In this document: positions 28,944 through 38,293 of the stretch, one piece after another | Layout: each line of letters begins with the position of its first letter | How positions within the stretch are numbered: the stretch's first letter is position 1 | Assembly (NCBI GenBank): GCA_963730915.1 | Contig: CAVSTR010000003.1 | Span: 426,493-490,492 of the forward strand | Direction of reading: 5' to 3' | DNA from: an uncultured Gemmatimonadales bacterium | GTDB lineage: Bacteria > Gemmatimonadota > Gemmatimonadetes > Gemmatimonadales > GWC2-71-9 | Length of the DNA: 64,000 nt | The notes under the pieces: generated by a model | The model's database searches: none | The model's input: only the letters and a program-made list of their open reading frames with translations | Told to the model about the DNA's origin: nothing | Made by a program: the position numbers and the translations under genes

Positions 28944-31719
28944 CTACTGCTCAAAGGTGGTCTGGTTGTAGTCGAATTTGAGGTCCGGCAGATCGGTCAG
29001 GTAGATCGAGAAGTAGAAGGCGAAGTTGCCGTTCGCATTCCGCACGAAGTTGAAGCCGGCACGCCACTCGTGAAGTTGGCGCTCCAGCCTCACGACCTGT
29101 GACTCGAACTTGCTGTCCGTGATGTTGAACTGTGAAGACCAGGACAGCGACCAGAATGGTGTCGGCGAGAAGCTGGTGCTGAATCCCAGGTTCTGCTGAT
29201 TTCGACCTGTCTCGTCCGGGAACCGGCCGGTCCCGCGAGAGCGTGTAGTTGAAGTTGGCAGAAGAAGCTGCGGCCCCCGCTGGAGAATGGCACCTGCCCG
29301 CTGTTGTAGAACGATGGATTCCGTCTGCCTACATCTGCCACGTACGAGCTGGGCACCTCGTCGCGGGTCAGCCTCGGGGGCCATCCCCACCAAGACCGAA
29401 GATCGAGCCCACGCTCCGGAGCGTGTTACCGGAGATCGCAAAGCTCGCGCTGACACTGCTGAGAAACGGGTCGAATTTCGTGGTGTCGACCCCAACCGGA
29501 CCCGCCCAGAGATCGTGCGTCAGACTCAAGGTGAACTGCGGAAGCAGATCACTCAGGAAGCGAATTGGTGATACTCGGGGTGACCCAGCCGGTCCGACCC
29601 GGCTTCTTGGCCTGCTCGAAGTCATACGTTATCGAGCTGGTGTTGATGCTCAGCACGCGGAACTTACGAGCATCGGTTGCAGCGGCGGTGTCGCCTGCCG
29701 CGGTCTTGGCCTTGGCCTCGAACGTCTGGGACAGACCCGACGGCTCAAGGTCTGGGTGGCGTCGCTCCTGAGCTGGAACGTCTGGCCCGGGCCCATCGGA
29801 CTGCCCGGGCGTATTCCTCCGGCACATCCGCAGCGGGCGAGAAATTCCAGCTGATCGAAGGAGAGAGACTGTGCCGGACCCGGCTGGCCAGTCCGAAGCC
29901 GGGGAAGAAACGCAAAGAGCGTGGGAGACGCGCTTACCGCAAAAGCGGAACCGCTTGCCCTGGCGGACAAACGAGCCGCCCGGTCTTGCGATTCCGAATG
30001 GCGAACGGCCCTGATGTCGTGTTGGCCATGCCGACGATCGGCTGCAGCTTCCACGATCCTCGAAAGAGGATTGGAAGGTTGATACCGGTATCCCAGTCGA
30101 TCCCGCTCGAGAAGTCCCCCAGAAAGCTACTGGTGACCGTGATCGAATCGGTCGGGTCGGGGGTGCTCGGATCATCCACCCGGAATGCTATCCGCATTCC
30201 CGTCTCGGTACTCTGCTCATCGGTTACCTGAACCGAATTCTGCCAGTTGAAGGCGCCGAATCGGAGCGGGGTCTCGAAGTTGAGGGCGGTAATGCGCCCG
30301 CTGCCGGTCTGCTCCACGGTGTCCACTCCCCCGCTGGCGAGCAGCCTGTACCAGCGGGTCCAGCGGGAGTTCTGGAACTGGTGTTGTTGGTGAAGCTCAG
30401 GCCAGGCGACCAGGTGATGTTGGAGCCGAGAGCAATCGATGCCGGCGAGATCGTCAGCGCCGGTAGCAGCTGCTGCACGCTGCCGTCGGAGAGGCTCTGC
30501 CGGCGATTTCCGCCCAGCGTCACGGTTCCCCATCCGTAGCGCTTCGAGAAGTTGAGCGAGCTGGTGATCTGCTGGGTATTCAGCAGCGGATCGATCGCAT
30601 TCCGCTGGATGACGGAGGTATTGCTGGCGTAGTTGAGATCGAGGTTCAGGCTGGTGGAGAGATCGAACGTCTGCTGGTGATCCCAGCTGACCGAGGTGGC
30701 GGCTGAGCCTCCGGTCTGCTGCTGTTTGCTGAATGCGATCGACCCGTTCACGAAGCGATTGAGCCAGTGATACTGTCCGCCGATGCCGTACTGAACGTAG
30801 CGGTTGGAGTACCAGTCCAGACGGCCGGTGAAGTCCAGGTAATCGTTGGGGGCCCAGTAGTACCCGATGTTGCTGATCTGGCGGTTGTACGATCGGTTGG
30901 GCCGCACCAGGTCGTTGAAGCCGAACTGCGGAATGAGAATTCCCGAGTGCCGGCCCGGCCGCATGTCCTGGAACATGAACGGCAGCCAGAGAATGGGAAC
31001 ATCGCGTACATAGAGCACCACCGGCCGGGCTACCAGCACGTTCCGCGAAACCCATTTCACCTGGCGGGCCGAAAAGTGATAGTGCGGCACCGGAAGATCA
31101 CAGCTGGTGATCTCGCTCGACGCCGCATAGATCCGGTTGGAGCTGGAATCCTGCGAGACGTCACCTCGCAGGAACCACACGGTGGATCCCTCGGTGAAGT
31201 TGGTCAGGGCGTCGCTGATGACCCCACGCCGAACGCAGGTGTCGTAGCGGATCTCTCACCGATCAGCACCTGCCCCCGGTCGAACAGCTTGGGCTCACCG
31301 GAGGCATCGAGCAGGCAGCTCGACCCCGATAGGTGATCGTATCCGCCTCCAGCGTCGAGCCCCGCCGCTCGGTGAGGGCCTGACCCTCCAGCCGTACCCG
31401 CTGATCCTCCATGAATACCGTCGCGGAATCCGCCCGGTAACGCGTGGCCTGATAACCGGAGCGGCCGAGCAGCTCGCTGACGACCGAATCCGGGGTAGCG
31501 AAGCTGCGGGATGGGACCGGTTGGCAGGCCCATTCGAGCTGCGGTCGCGGTGTCGAGCGACTGCCCGGCGCGCCTCAGAGTGTCCGGGCCACGAGCGAGA
31601 GAGTCTCGTAGCGAATCGGCGCGCGTTTGCGGTCTGCGCTGCGTCGGCCTCTGCTGGGCTTCGGCCGGAGTTCCAAACAACGCCAGGAGCAGGAACAACC
31701 CCGCGATTCCACCCACCAC
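28944..31719 (-). pseudogene. LptD-like LPS-assembly outer membrane protein, many apparent frameshifts
   Basis: Fragments in several frames: signal peptide VVGGIAGLFLLLALFGTPAEAQQ; DSVVSELLGRSGYQATRYRADSATVFMEDQRVRLEG; IRYDTCVRRGVISDALTNFTEGSTVWFLRGD; ITSCDLPVPHYHFSARQVKWVS...ILWLPFMFQDMRPGRHSGILIPQFGF; C-terminus FYFSIYLTDLPDLKFDYNQTTFEQ. The start coordinate is approximate. Confidence 0.6.
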
Positions 31720-32464
31720 TGGCTGCCGGCCGAGCGCCGCCGGCTGATGACCACCGACCCGGCGAACCCCACCTCGTACAGCAGGAGGAGCGGTATGGTC
31801 ATCATGAGCATCGACAGCACGTCGGCACCTGGCGAAAGCACCGCACCTGCGATGAACGCGCAGCACGACGGCAAACCGACGGAAGCGGCTGAGCTCGGCG
31901 GGGCCGATGACGCCGAGCCACGAGAGAATGATGATGACGAGGGGCAGCTCGAAGGATATGCCGAGCGCCAGCGTGACCTGCATGACGAAGCTGAAGTACT
32001 TGTCGTAGGTGATGAACGGTGCGATGGCTTCGGTCTGAAAGCTGAACAGAACCCGGAGCGCCTGGGGGACGACGAAGAAATACGCCAGCGCCACTCCGGT
32101 CATGAACAGCAGCAATCCGATGAACAGCGAGGGCACCAGCGCCTTCTTTTCCCGGGCGTACAGCGCCGGAGCCAGGAAGGCCCACAGTCTGCCAGAGCAA
32201 AACGGGAGATGCCAGGACCAGCCCGACGAGAAGCCCAGCTTGAGCACGATCATCACCGGCTCGGTGGGGCTGAGAACTACGAGCTTGCCATCCGGTGAGG
32301 TAGGGCGCGATCGGGCGCTTGAGAAGATTGACGAGCTGGAAATGCTGCACTGCCCACAGACCTGCGGCGGAGCCCAGGATCACGGCAGCCAGCGACCGGA
32401 GTATCCGGGAGCGCAGTTCCTCGAGATGATCGAGGAAAGGCATTTCCCCAGGTGAGCCGGTCAT
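31700..32464 (-). pseudogene. tatC: twin-arginine translocase subunit TatC, at least four apparent frameshifts
   Basis: MPFLDHLEELRSRILRS...PYLT, then DGKLVVLSPTEPVMIVLKLGF, then LVGLVLASPVLLWQ, then LWAFLAPALYAREKK...RFRRFAVVL, then AFIAGAVLSPGADVLSMLMMTIPLLLLYE. The 3' end is not resolved. Confidence 0.7.
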
Positions 32465-32486
32465 AAGACGAAAGACGCGCCGGGAT

Positions 32487-33278
32487 TTACCGCCCGAGCG
32501 CCTTCAGTCGATCACGAGCCAGGGCTGCTTCGTCGGACTGAGGATACTTCTGCACTACGCGCTGATACGCATCGCTGGCTTTGCTCGTTTCCTTCCGCCG
32601 CTCGGCCACCAGGCCCAGATTGTAAAGCGCAGAAGCGGCCCGACTGGACGAGGGGTGCTTCTGAACCACCTGGTCGTAATAGAACGCGGCCGAATCCGGA
32701 TTTTCGGCGGCGAAGCTCTGCCCGATGAAGTACAGCGCGTCGCCAGCCCGCTCGCTGGTGGGATAGGTCCTGCAGCATCTCACGCAGGCCCTGGCGTGCG
32801 GTCGAGGTGCTCCCCCGCCGAAGCTGCGCCAGCGACGCTTCGTACATCTGATCGGCGGATGCGGCGCGACTGGGCCGGTGGTGCAGCGGTATCGCGCGGC
32901 GTGGTGGACGAAATCTGCTCCCCGCGGGCCTCCAGCTGGGTGCGGAGCTCGCTGAGCCGCTGCTGACTCTGGCCCGTCAGCTCCTGGAGCTGCACCAGCT
33001 GCTGCTGGATGTTGTAGAGATCGCTGGCGAGATCCCCCCGGAGCTGGCCCACGGCTCGCCGGCTGTTGGTGAGCGAGTCCATGACCCGCTGCTGCAACTG
33101 GATGACTTGCGTGAGCTGGGCCGCGCGAGCGGAGTCGCGGCGTGCCGTCTCCGCTTTGAATAGGGCGATATCGTCCTGCACCTGCTGCACGTCACCCTTG
33201 CTGACACACCCGCTCATACCAGCCACCACCCCGAGCTCCGAGCAGCAGGGGTCGAGGGACCCGGGAGATCCGTCTCAC
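32487..33278 (-). pseudogene. cpoB: Tol-Pal system protein CpoB/YbgF, at least three apparent frameshifts
   Basis: The GTG start overlaps the pal stop (GTGA). Lipobox VAGMSGC, a coiled-coil section (QQLVQLQELTGQSQQRLSELRTQLE), and C-terminal TPRs (ALYFIGQSF...YPQSDEAALARDRLKALGR) in other frames. Confidence 0.65.
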
Positions 33279-33854
33279 TGCGGCGCGACCAGAGCGTCGC
33301 CGCCGGCCGTGACTTCGAATTCATCCCGGCGGTTCTGGGCAAACGCGGTTTCATCGGTGCCAGGATTCAGCGGTCGCTCCTCACCATAGGAGATCACCTC
33401 GAGGCGGGAGCCGTCGATTCCCTTGTTCTCCAGGTAGCGCTTGGCTGCGGCCGCGCGCCGGTTACCGAGCGCGAGGTTGTACTCATCCGACCCCCGTTCA
33501 TCGGCATGGCCGCTGATGCGGAGCTTCACGTTCGGATTGGCACTGAAGAACAGCGGCCTTCCGATCCAGCGTGGCCTGATCCGCCTGACGAACGGCAGCC
33601 TGGTCGTAATCGAAGTTGATCATTGCAGCCAGATCCGCGGCCACGGCACGTGAGCGCTCGCTCGCCTCGCGAGCCATCCGCTCCCGCTCCATGCGCTCCC
33701 GCTCGGCACTGTCGTCCACTGGCGCCGGGGCCGGTGCCGGCTCAGCGGCAGGGGTCGGCTCGGGGGCAGGCTCTTCGGGAGCCGAACGACCCCCGCATGC
33801 GACAGTGAACGCGCCAGCAGCCAAGAGCATCAGCAGAGAAGGTGCACGCATCAT
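33275..33854 (-). pseudogene. pal: peptidoglycan-associated lipoprotein Pal (OmpA family), one apparent frameshift
   Basis: MMRAPSLLMLLAAGAFTVACGG..., then [37 protein letters not shown]. The junction is at about 33541-33548. Confidence 0.8.
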
Positions 33855-33864
33855 CACTCCGTAA

Positions 33865-35187
33865 TCATGGGTTGGGAACGGGTGTGGCCCGTCCGATGCG
33901 GCGGGACCACGAGGGAAGCCGAGCTCGCACCTGGAGTCGCCAACTGCCGGACGCGGCCGGTTTCGACATCGACGAATCCAGATCTGACGACGGCCACTCC
34001 GATCAGAGATAAACGCTACGTGCCGGCCGTCCGGAGCCCAGGTGGGATCTTCGTTTCGGCCGGACGACGTGAGTTGGCGCACTCGCCGGCCGGATACATC
34101 CACCAGGAAAATTTGCGGGCTCCCGGAAACTTCCCGATGAAATACGACACTGGCTCCGTCCGGAGACCACTCGGGAGCATTCGAACTTCCGGTGGCGCCG
34201 AAATCGAATGGCGCCAGCAGCTCCTGATCGGTTCCGTCCGCAGCCATCACGTACAACTGAGGCGGTCCGGCACGCGTGGAAATGAACGCGATGCGCCGCC
34301 CATCTGGCGAAAACGTTGGGGATAAGTTGTCCGCGTAGCGTCCTACGGTCAAGCGTTGCGCGCAACAACGTTCCGTCACATTGGCGGTATAGATGTCGGT
34401 GCCGCGCTCGTCGGAGTGCGCAAACGCGAGCGTCCGCCCGTCGGGGGAGAAGGCCGGTGTGATGTTGAGCGCCGTCTGTGAACCCGGAGCTACGAAGCTG
34501 GCAGCAATTCGAGAGCGCCTGCACCACGATGCCGCCCCGGCCTTCACCAAGCTGGGTGAACGCGATGCGCTGCGCGTCAGGAGACCACGCCGGAGACAGC
34601 GCCGTCTGTCCGGCCGGCGTCAGCGGGGTAATATCATGGCCATCGCTGTCGGCTCGATACACCCGACCGCCAGAGACGAACAGCATCCGGCTGGCGGCGG
34701 CGCCCGGCGTCCCACTCGCCCAGCGCGTAATCTCATCGGCCAGCCGGTGAACCTCGAGTCGGGAGTCGGGGCCGGTCGAGAGCGAAACCGTTTGCTGATT
34801 TCGGAGGCGGGCGGCGTTGAGGTCGTGCAGCCGCACGGTCACCCCACCAGTGGCCTGGCTCAGCTCCACCGCAAACTCGGCCCCCATTCCCTTGTAGAGC
34901 TCGTAGTTCACCGGGCCCGCCTGCGGACCAGTACCGGTTCCTGTGCTGGAAACCTGGTCGCCCACCGTGATCATCTCGAAGCGGTCGCTGTAATCGAGGT
35001 CGCGCCGGATCATTGCGCGAGCCGAGTCGATGCCGGAGCCGGGCAGGACAACGAGCCCTGGCCGCGTGCCGGGGCTATAGTCGACCCCCACGCGTACTCC
35101 TTCCTCCACCCGGGTGGTATCCTGAGCCAGCACCACGCTGCCGGCAGCCATCCAGATCGGAACAAGCAGAAAAAGAGATCGTGTCAT
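33865..35187 (-). pseudogene. tolB: Tol-Pal system beta-propeller protein TolB, at least three apparent frameshifts
   Basis: Repeated SPDG motifs (PAWSPDAQRIAF, PAFSPDGRTLAF, PTFSPDGRRIAF, PEWSPDGASVVF, PTWAPDGRHVAF) are split between ORFs 34003-35187 and 33498-34550. The tail IWIVDVETGRVRQL...LPSWS is in further frames. Confidence 0.8.
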
Positions 35188-35921
35188 CGGCTTGGTTTGA
35201 AGTAGAAGCTGACTGGCAGGACGTCATGTTTCCCAACCATCAGGGAGCTGACCGAAGGCGCCGGCTGTTCCCGGCAGCCTCGATCGCACCCTGAGCGTCC
35301 AGATCGAAGGCAAAGCTTCCTGAGCGGGTCACGAAGTGAATGTCCCGCACCGATGCCATCGCGAAGAATAAGGAAGCTGATCTCGGCGAAGTTGCTCTGC
35401 TTGGCCGAAGCCCGATCCCAACGCTGATAGACCTGCGTGACGATGTTGCGCAGGTACTCGGGATACGGAAATGCGAGCCCGGGAGTCTTGATGGTTGCCA
35501 CATCGGTGCCGGTACTCGGCGTCTCCCCCGGGGCAGGAGCCACCGGTGCGGCGGTTTGCGGCGCAGGCTCTCGCTCACTTTCTACTGGTGGCGGTTTGGG
35601 AGCAGGAGCAGGGGCCGTTTTCACCGGCTTCGCGGGCTTGGGTATAACCGGCGCGGGTTTGTCCTTCGGGGGCGCAGGCTTTGGAGGAGTGGGCGCTGGC
35701 TTTTCCTCTGGTGGAGGCGTAGGCAGCGCCTCGCGAGCGAGTCGCTGCTTCGTCGTCGGAGCCGGTGCGGCCACTAAATCCACCGCGTACGAGGGGGGAG
35801 CTGGCCGGGCCGGCTTCACCGCAGCGACGAGGAAAAACACAGCACCCGCGTGAACAACAATCGTTCCTAACAGTCCTGCGACCGTTCCCTGTGGAGCCGG
35901 GTGGGGCTTGTGGATCTTCAC
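35184..35921 (-). pseudogene. TolA-like / TonB C-terminal-domain protein, three apparent frameshifts in the last 130 nt
   Basis: TM anchor, then a Pro/Ala/Lys-rich spacer, then FPYPEYLRNIVTQVYQRW. The next segments are SVRDIHFVTRSGSFAFDLDAQGAIEAAGNS, AFGQLPDGWE and HDVLPVSFYFKPSR, in three different frames. Confidence 0.7.
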
Positions 35922-36349
35922 GGCGATTCTTCCTCTGCCGCCACGAGTCCCACGTTCTGCACGCCCGCCGTGCGGATGATCGCGAGCACTCTGACGACGT
36001 CGCCGTAGGGCACGCGCGCATCGGCCTGCAGGTATACGCCACTCGGCTTCCGGGTGGCGACCAGGGACCGGAAGGTCACTCTGAAGTCAGAATAGGACAC
36101 TGCTGTCTGATCTACGAAAATTCGGCCGTTCCGATTGACGGATACCACCATCCCCTCCTTGGGGGAAAGCGGGCGGGCCTCTGCTCGTGGGAGCTCGACG
36201 TCCACGCCTCCCTGCATCATCGGTGCCGTAATCATGAACGTAATGAGCATCACCAGCATGACGTCCACCAATGCAGTGACGTTCACGTCCGCCATGAGCG
36301 GGAGCTCGCCGCGCTGGCTCCCAAGACCGCCACCTAAACCGGCCGCCAT
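35918..36349 (-). CDS. tolR: biopolymer transport protein TolR/ExbD
   Basis: 143-aa ORF with DVNVTALVDVMLVMLITFMI and the ExbD fold motif ADARVPYGDVVRVL. Confidence 0.85.
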   Translation of the reverse strand: MAAGLGGGLGSQRGELPLMADVNVTALVDVMLVMLITFMITAPMMQGGVDVELPRAEARPLSPKEGMVVSVNRNGRIFVDQTAVSYSDFRVTFRSLVATRKPSGVYLQADARVPYGDVVRVLAIIRTAGVQNVGLVAAEEESP

Positions 36350-37064
36350 TTAGACCAGCCCCTCTCGCGCCATAGTTCCGATGAGCTCGTTGGCGAATCC
36401 CTCCAGCTCGCCCGCAAACAGCCGGACGCGGTTCACGAAGATGTTGTACGCGATCACCGCGGGAATGGCGGCGAGCAGGCCGCCGGCTGTGGCCACGAGT
36501 GCCTCGGCTACTCCGGGCGCAACCGCAGAAAGGTTGCCCGATCCCTTGGAGGCGATGCCGATGAAGGCACTCATGATGCCGAAGACGGTGCCGGTCAGCC
36601 CAAGCAGCGGCCCGACACTGCCGATCGTCGCCAACCAGGGAATGTAATGGCCCAGGAGGTCCCGTTCGGCCGCAACTTCCTTGCCGAGCACCATCTTCAA
36701 GGCCTCCAGCTGAGTCATGCTCAGTGAGCTCCGGTCCGCGTCCCGGTCTTCTCGTAAGGCACCAGGCCGAAGCTCGGAATAGAACGTGATCGCCTCGCGG
36801 AAGAGCCGGTTGTAGGGTGAAGGCGGAAGCTTCATGACCGACTTGTACGCATCCTGCAGGCGGGTGGTCCGCTCCATCTCACGAAAAAAACGATCCGCCA
36901 GACCGATTGAGCTTTCGAAACTGCCACCACTTGAAGATGATGATGAACCAGGAGACGAGCGAGAAGACGGTGAGGATCGCCAGCACGATCTTCGTTTCCG
37001 GGCTGGCGGAGAGCACCAGCTCCAGGGAGGACTGGGGAGTCGCGCCGCCACCTTGCAGGATCAC
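36350..37064 (-). pseudogene. tolQ: proton-channel protein TolQ/ExbB, one apparent frameshift
   Basis: The N-terminus MILQGGGATPQSSLELVLSASPETKIVLAILTVFSLVSWFIIIFKWWQFRKLN lies in ORF 36879-37064. The remainder (IGSVGPLLGLTGTVFGIM...AIPAVIAYN) lies in ORF 36350-37051. The junction is at 36884-36903, which includes an A7/T7 run. Confidence 0.8.
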
Positions 37065-38011
37065 CTCGCCTCCTTTTTGAACCAGTCGACCAGCTCACGC
37101 AGTCCATCGTCGAAGACATACTCGGGTGACCAGCCAAGCACTCGCTTGGCCTTGGAAACATCGAGTGCGCTGCGGAACAGCTCGCCGGGACGAGCCTCGG
37201 CGAACTCGATCTTCGGCTCGGCGCGCATCACTTGTCCCACCGACGCGGCGAGCTCCAGCACATTGCGCTGAATCGATGTGGCGATGTTAAAGGCTGATCC
37301 GTCGAACTCGCCGTTGCTTAAGATAGGACGGGTAGCGGCCAGCACATTGGCACGCGCCACATCCTTGACGAAGACGTAATCGCGGGTCTGAAGGCCATTG
37401 CCGAACACCGTTAGCGGCTTCCGCTCGAGCAGCCGCGAGACGAAGATGGACACCACACCGGCCTCCGACTTGGGGTCCTGGCGGGGACCGAAGACGTTGG
37501 CGTATCGCATGGCAACCCCTTCGAACCCTCGTAGCGCCGCCAGGGCCCGCATATAGTACTCCCCGGCCAGCTTGCTGACGCCATACGGAGAGACCGGGAG
37601 CTTGGGTGCGGTCTCGGGTGTCGGAATGACCTCGGGGTCACCGTACACCACCCCGCCGCTGCTGGCGAAGATGACCCGGTTGACCCCACCTTCCCCTGCA
37701 CCCTCGAGAAGGTTGACGAACCCGACCACATTGATGTGGCTGTCGAAGGCCGGCCGGTCAACCGAAACCCGGACATCGATCTGAGCTGCGTGGTGGTTGA
37801 GCACCGTGAATTTGCCGGTCGCGATCGCCTGCCGCGCTTCCGGCGAACGGATATCCGCGCGCACGAAACGGGCGCCTTTCGGGATGTTCGACTCGTGCCC
37901 CCGCGAGAGGTCGTCGAGAACGGTGACTTCCCATCCTTCACGCAGATAGGCTTCCGCGATGTGAGAGCCTATGAACCCCGCGCCACCCGTGACCAGTACC
38001 CTGCCGCTCAT
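37061..38011 (-). CDS. NAD-dependent epimerase/dehydratase
   Basis: From the ATG at 38009-38011: MSGRVLVTGGAGFIGSH, with catalytic YGVSKLAGE. Confidence 0.85.
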   Translation of the reverse strand: MSGRVLVTGGAGFIGSHIAEAYLREGWEVTVLDDLSRGHESNIPKGARFVRADIRSPEARQAIATGKFTVLNHHAAQIDVRVSVDRPAFDSHINVVGFVNLLEGAGEGGVNRVIFASSGGVVYGDPEVIPTPETAPKLPVSPYGVSKLAGEYYMRALAALRGFEGVAMRYANVFGPRQDPKSEAGVVSIFVSRLLERKPLTVFGNGLQTRDYVFVKDVARANVLAATRPILSNGEFDGSAFNIATSIQRNVLELAASVGQVMRAEPKIEFAEARPGELFRSALDVSKAKRVLGWSPEYVFDDGLRELVDWFKKEAR

Positions 38012-38122
38012 GCTACGCGTCTCGGCATTCCAAACTCCTGCAACATGTTGGTAGAAGAACAATGACCCTGAAGCGCACCGCAATATAGAGAGCAGTGGCG
38101 CAGCAGGGCAGCGGGAACGGCT

Positions 38123-38293
38123 GGCGGGTAAGCAGGTAGGCGGGTAAGTGGGTAAGTGGTAGGCAGCGGTACGACACGCGAAAACGGCGAAGGGGGTACA
38201 GGCTTCTGTAGAGCCCGACCCCCTTCACATGCGCCAGTACGACGCCCGTACGCTTTTGCTTACCCGCTGACCCGCTTACCCACTTACCCGCTG
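38123..38293. repeat. octamer-arm inverted repeat element C
   Basis: Left arm GGCGGGTA AGCAGGTA GGCGGGTA AGTGGGTA AGTGGTA GGCAGCGGTA (38123-38171). The right arm tgCTTACCCG CTGACCCG CTTACCCA CTTACCCG ctg (38257-38293) ends at the LysM-gene stop codon. Confidence 0.75.
38189..38226 (-). terminator. rho-independent-like terminator of the LysM gene
   Basis: 9-bp stem gaagggggt / acccccttc. On the minus strand it is followed by gccgTTTTcg. Confidence 0.55.

Noticed and set aside
31204-32256. 350-aa ORF as a single gene
   Set aside because: It is a chimera of the middle of tatC and the N-terminal region of the LptD-like gene, created by frameshifts.
33498-34550. 350-aa ORF as a single gene
   Set aside because: It is a chimera of the tolB propeller blades, an out-of-frame tail, and the pal signal peptide and linker.
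27870-37064. Programmed ribosomal frameshifting or genuine mass pseudogenisation as the explanation for the frameshift cluster
   Set aside because: There are no slippery-site or pseudoknot patterns. The shifts go in both directions at short homopolymers, and the affected genes are collectively essential. Sequencing or assembly error is the simpler explanation, but it needs read-level confirmation.
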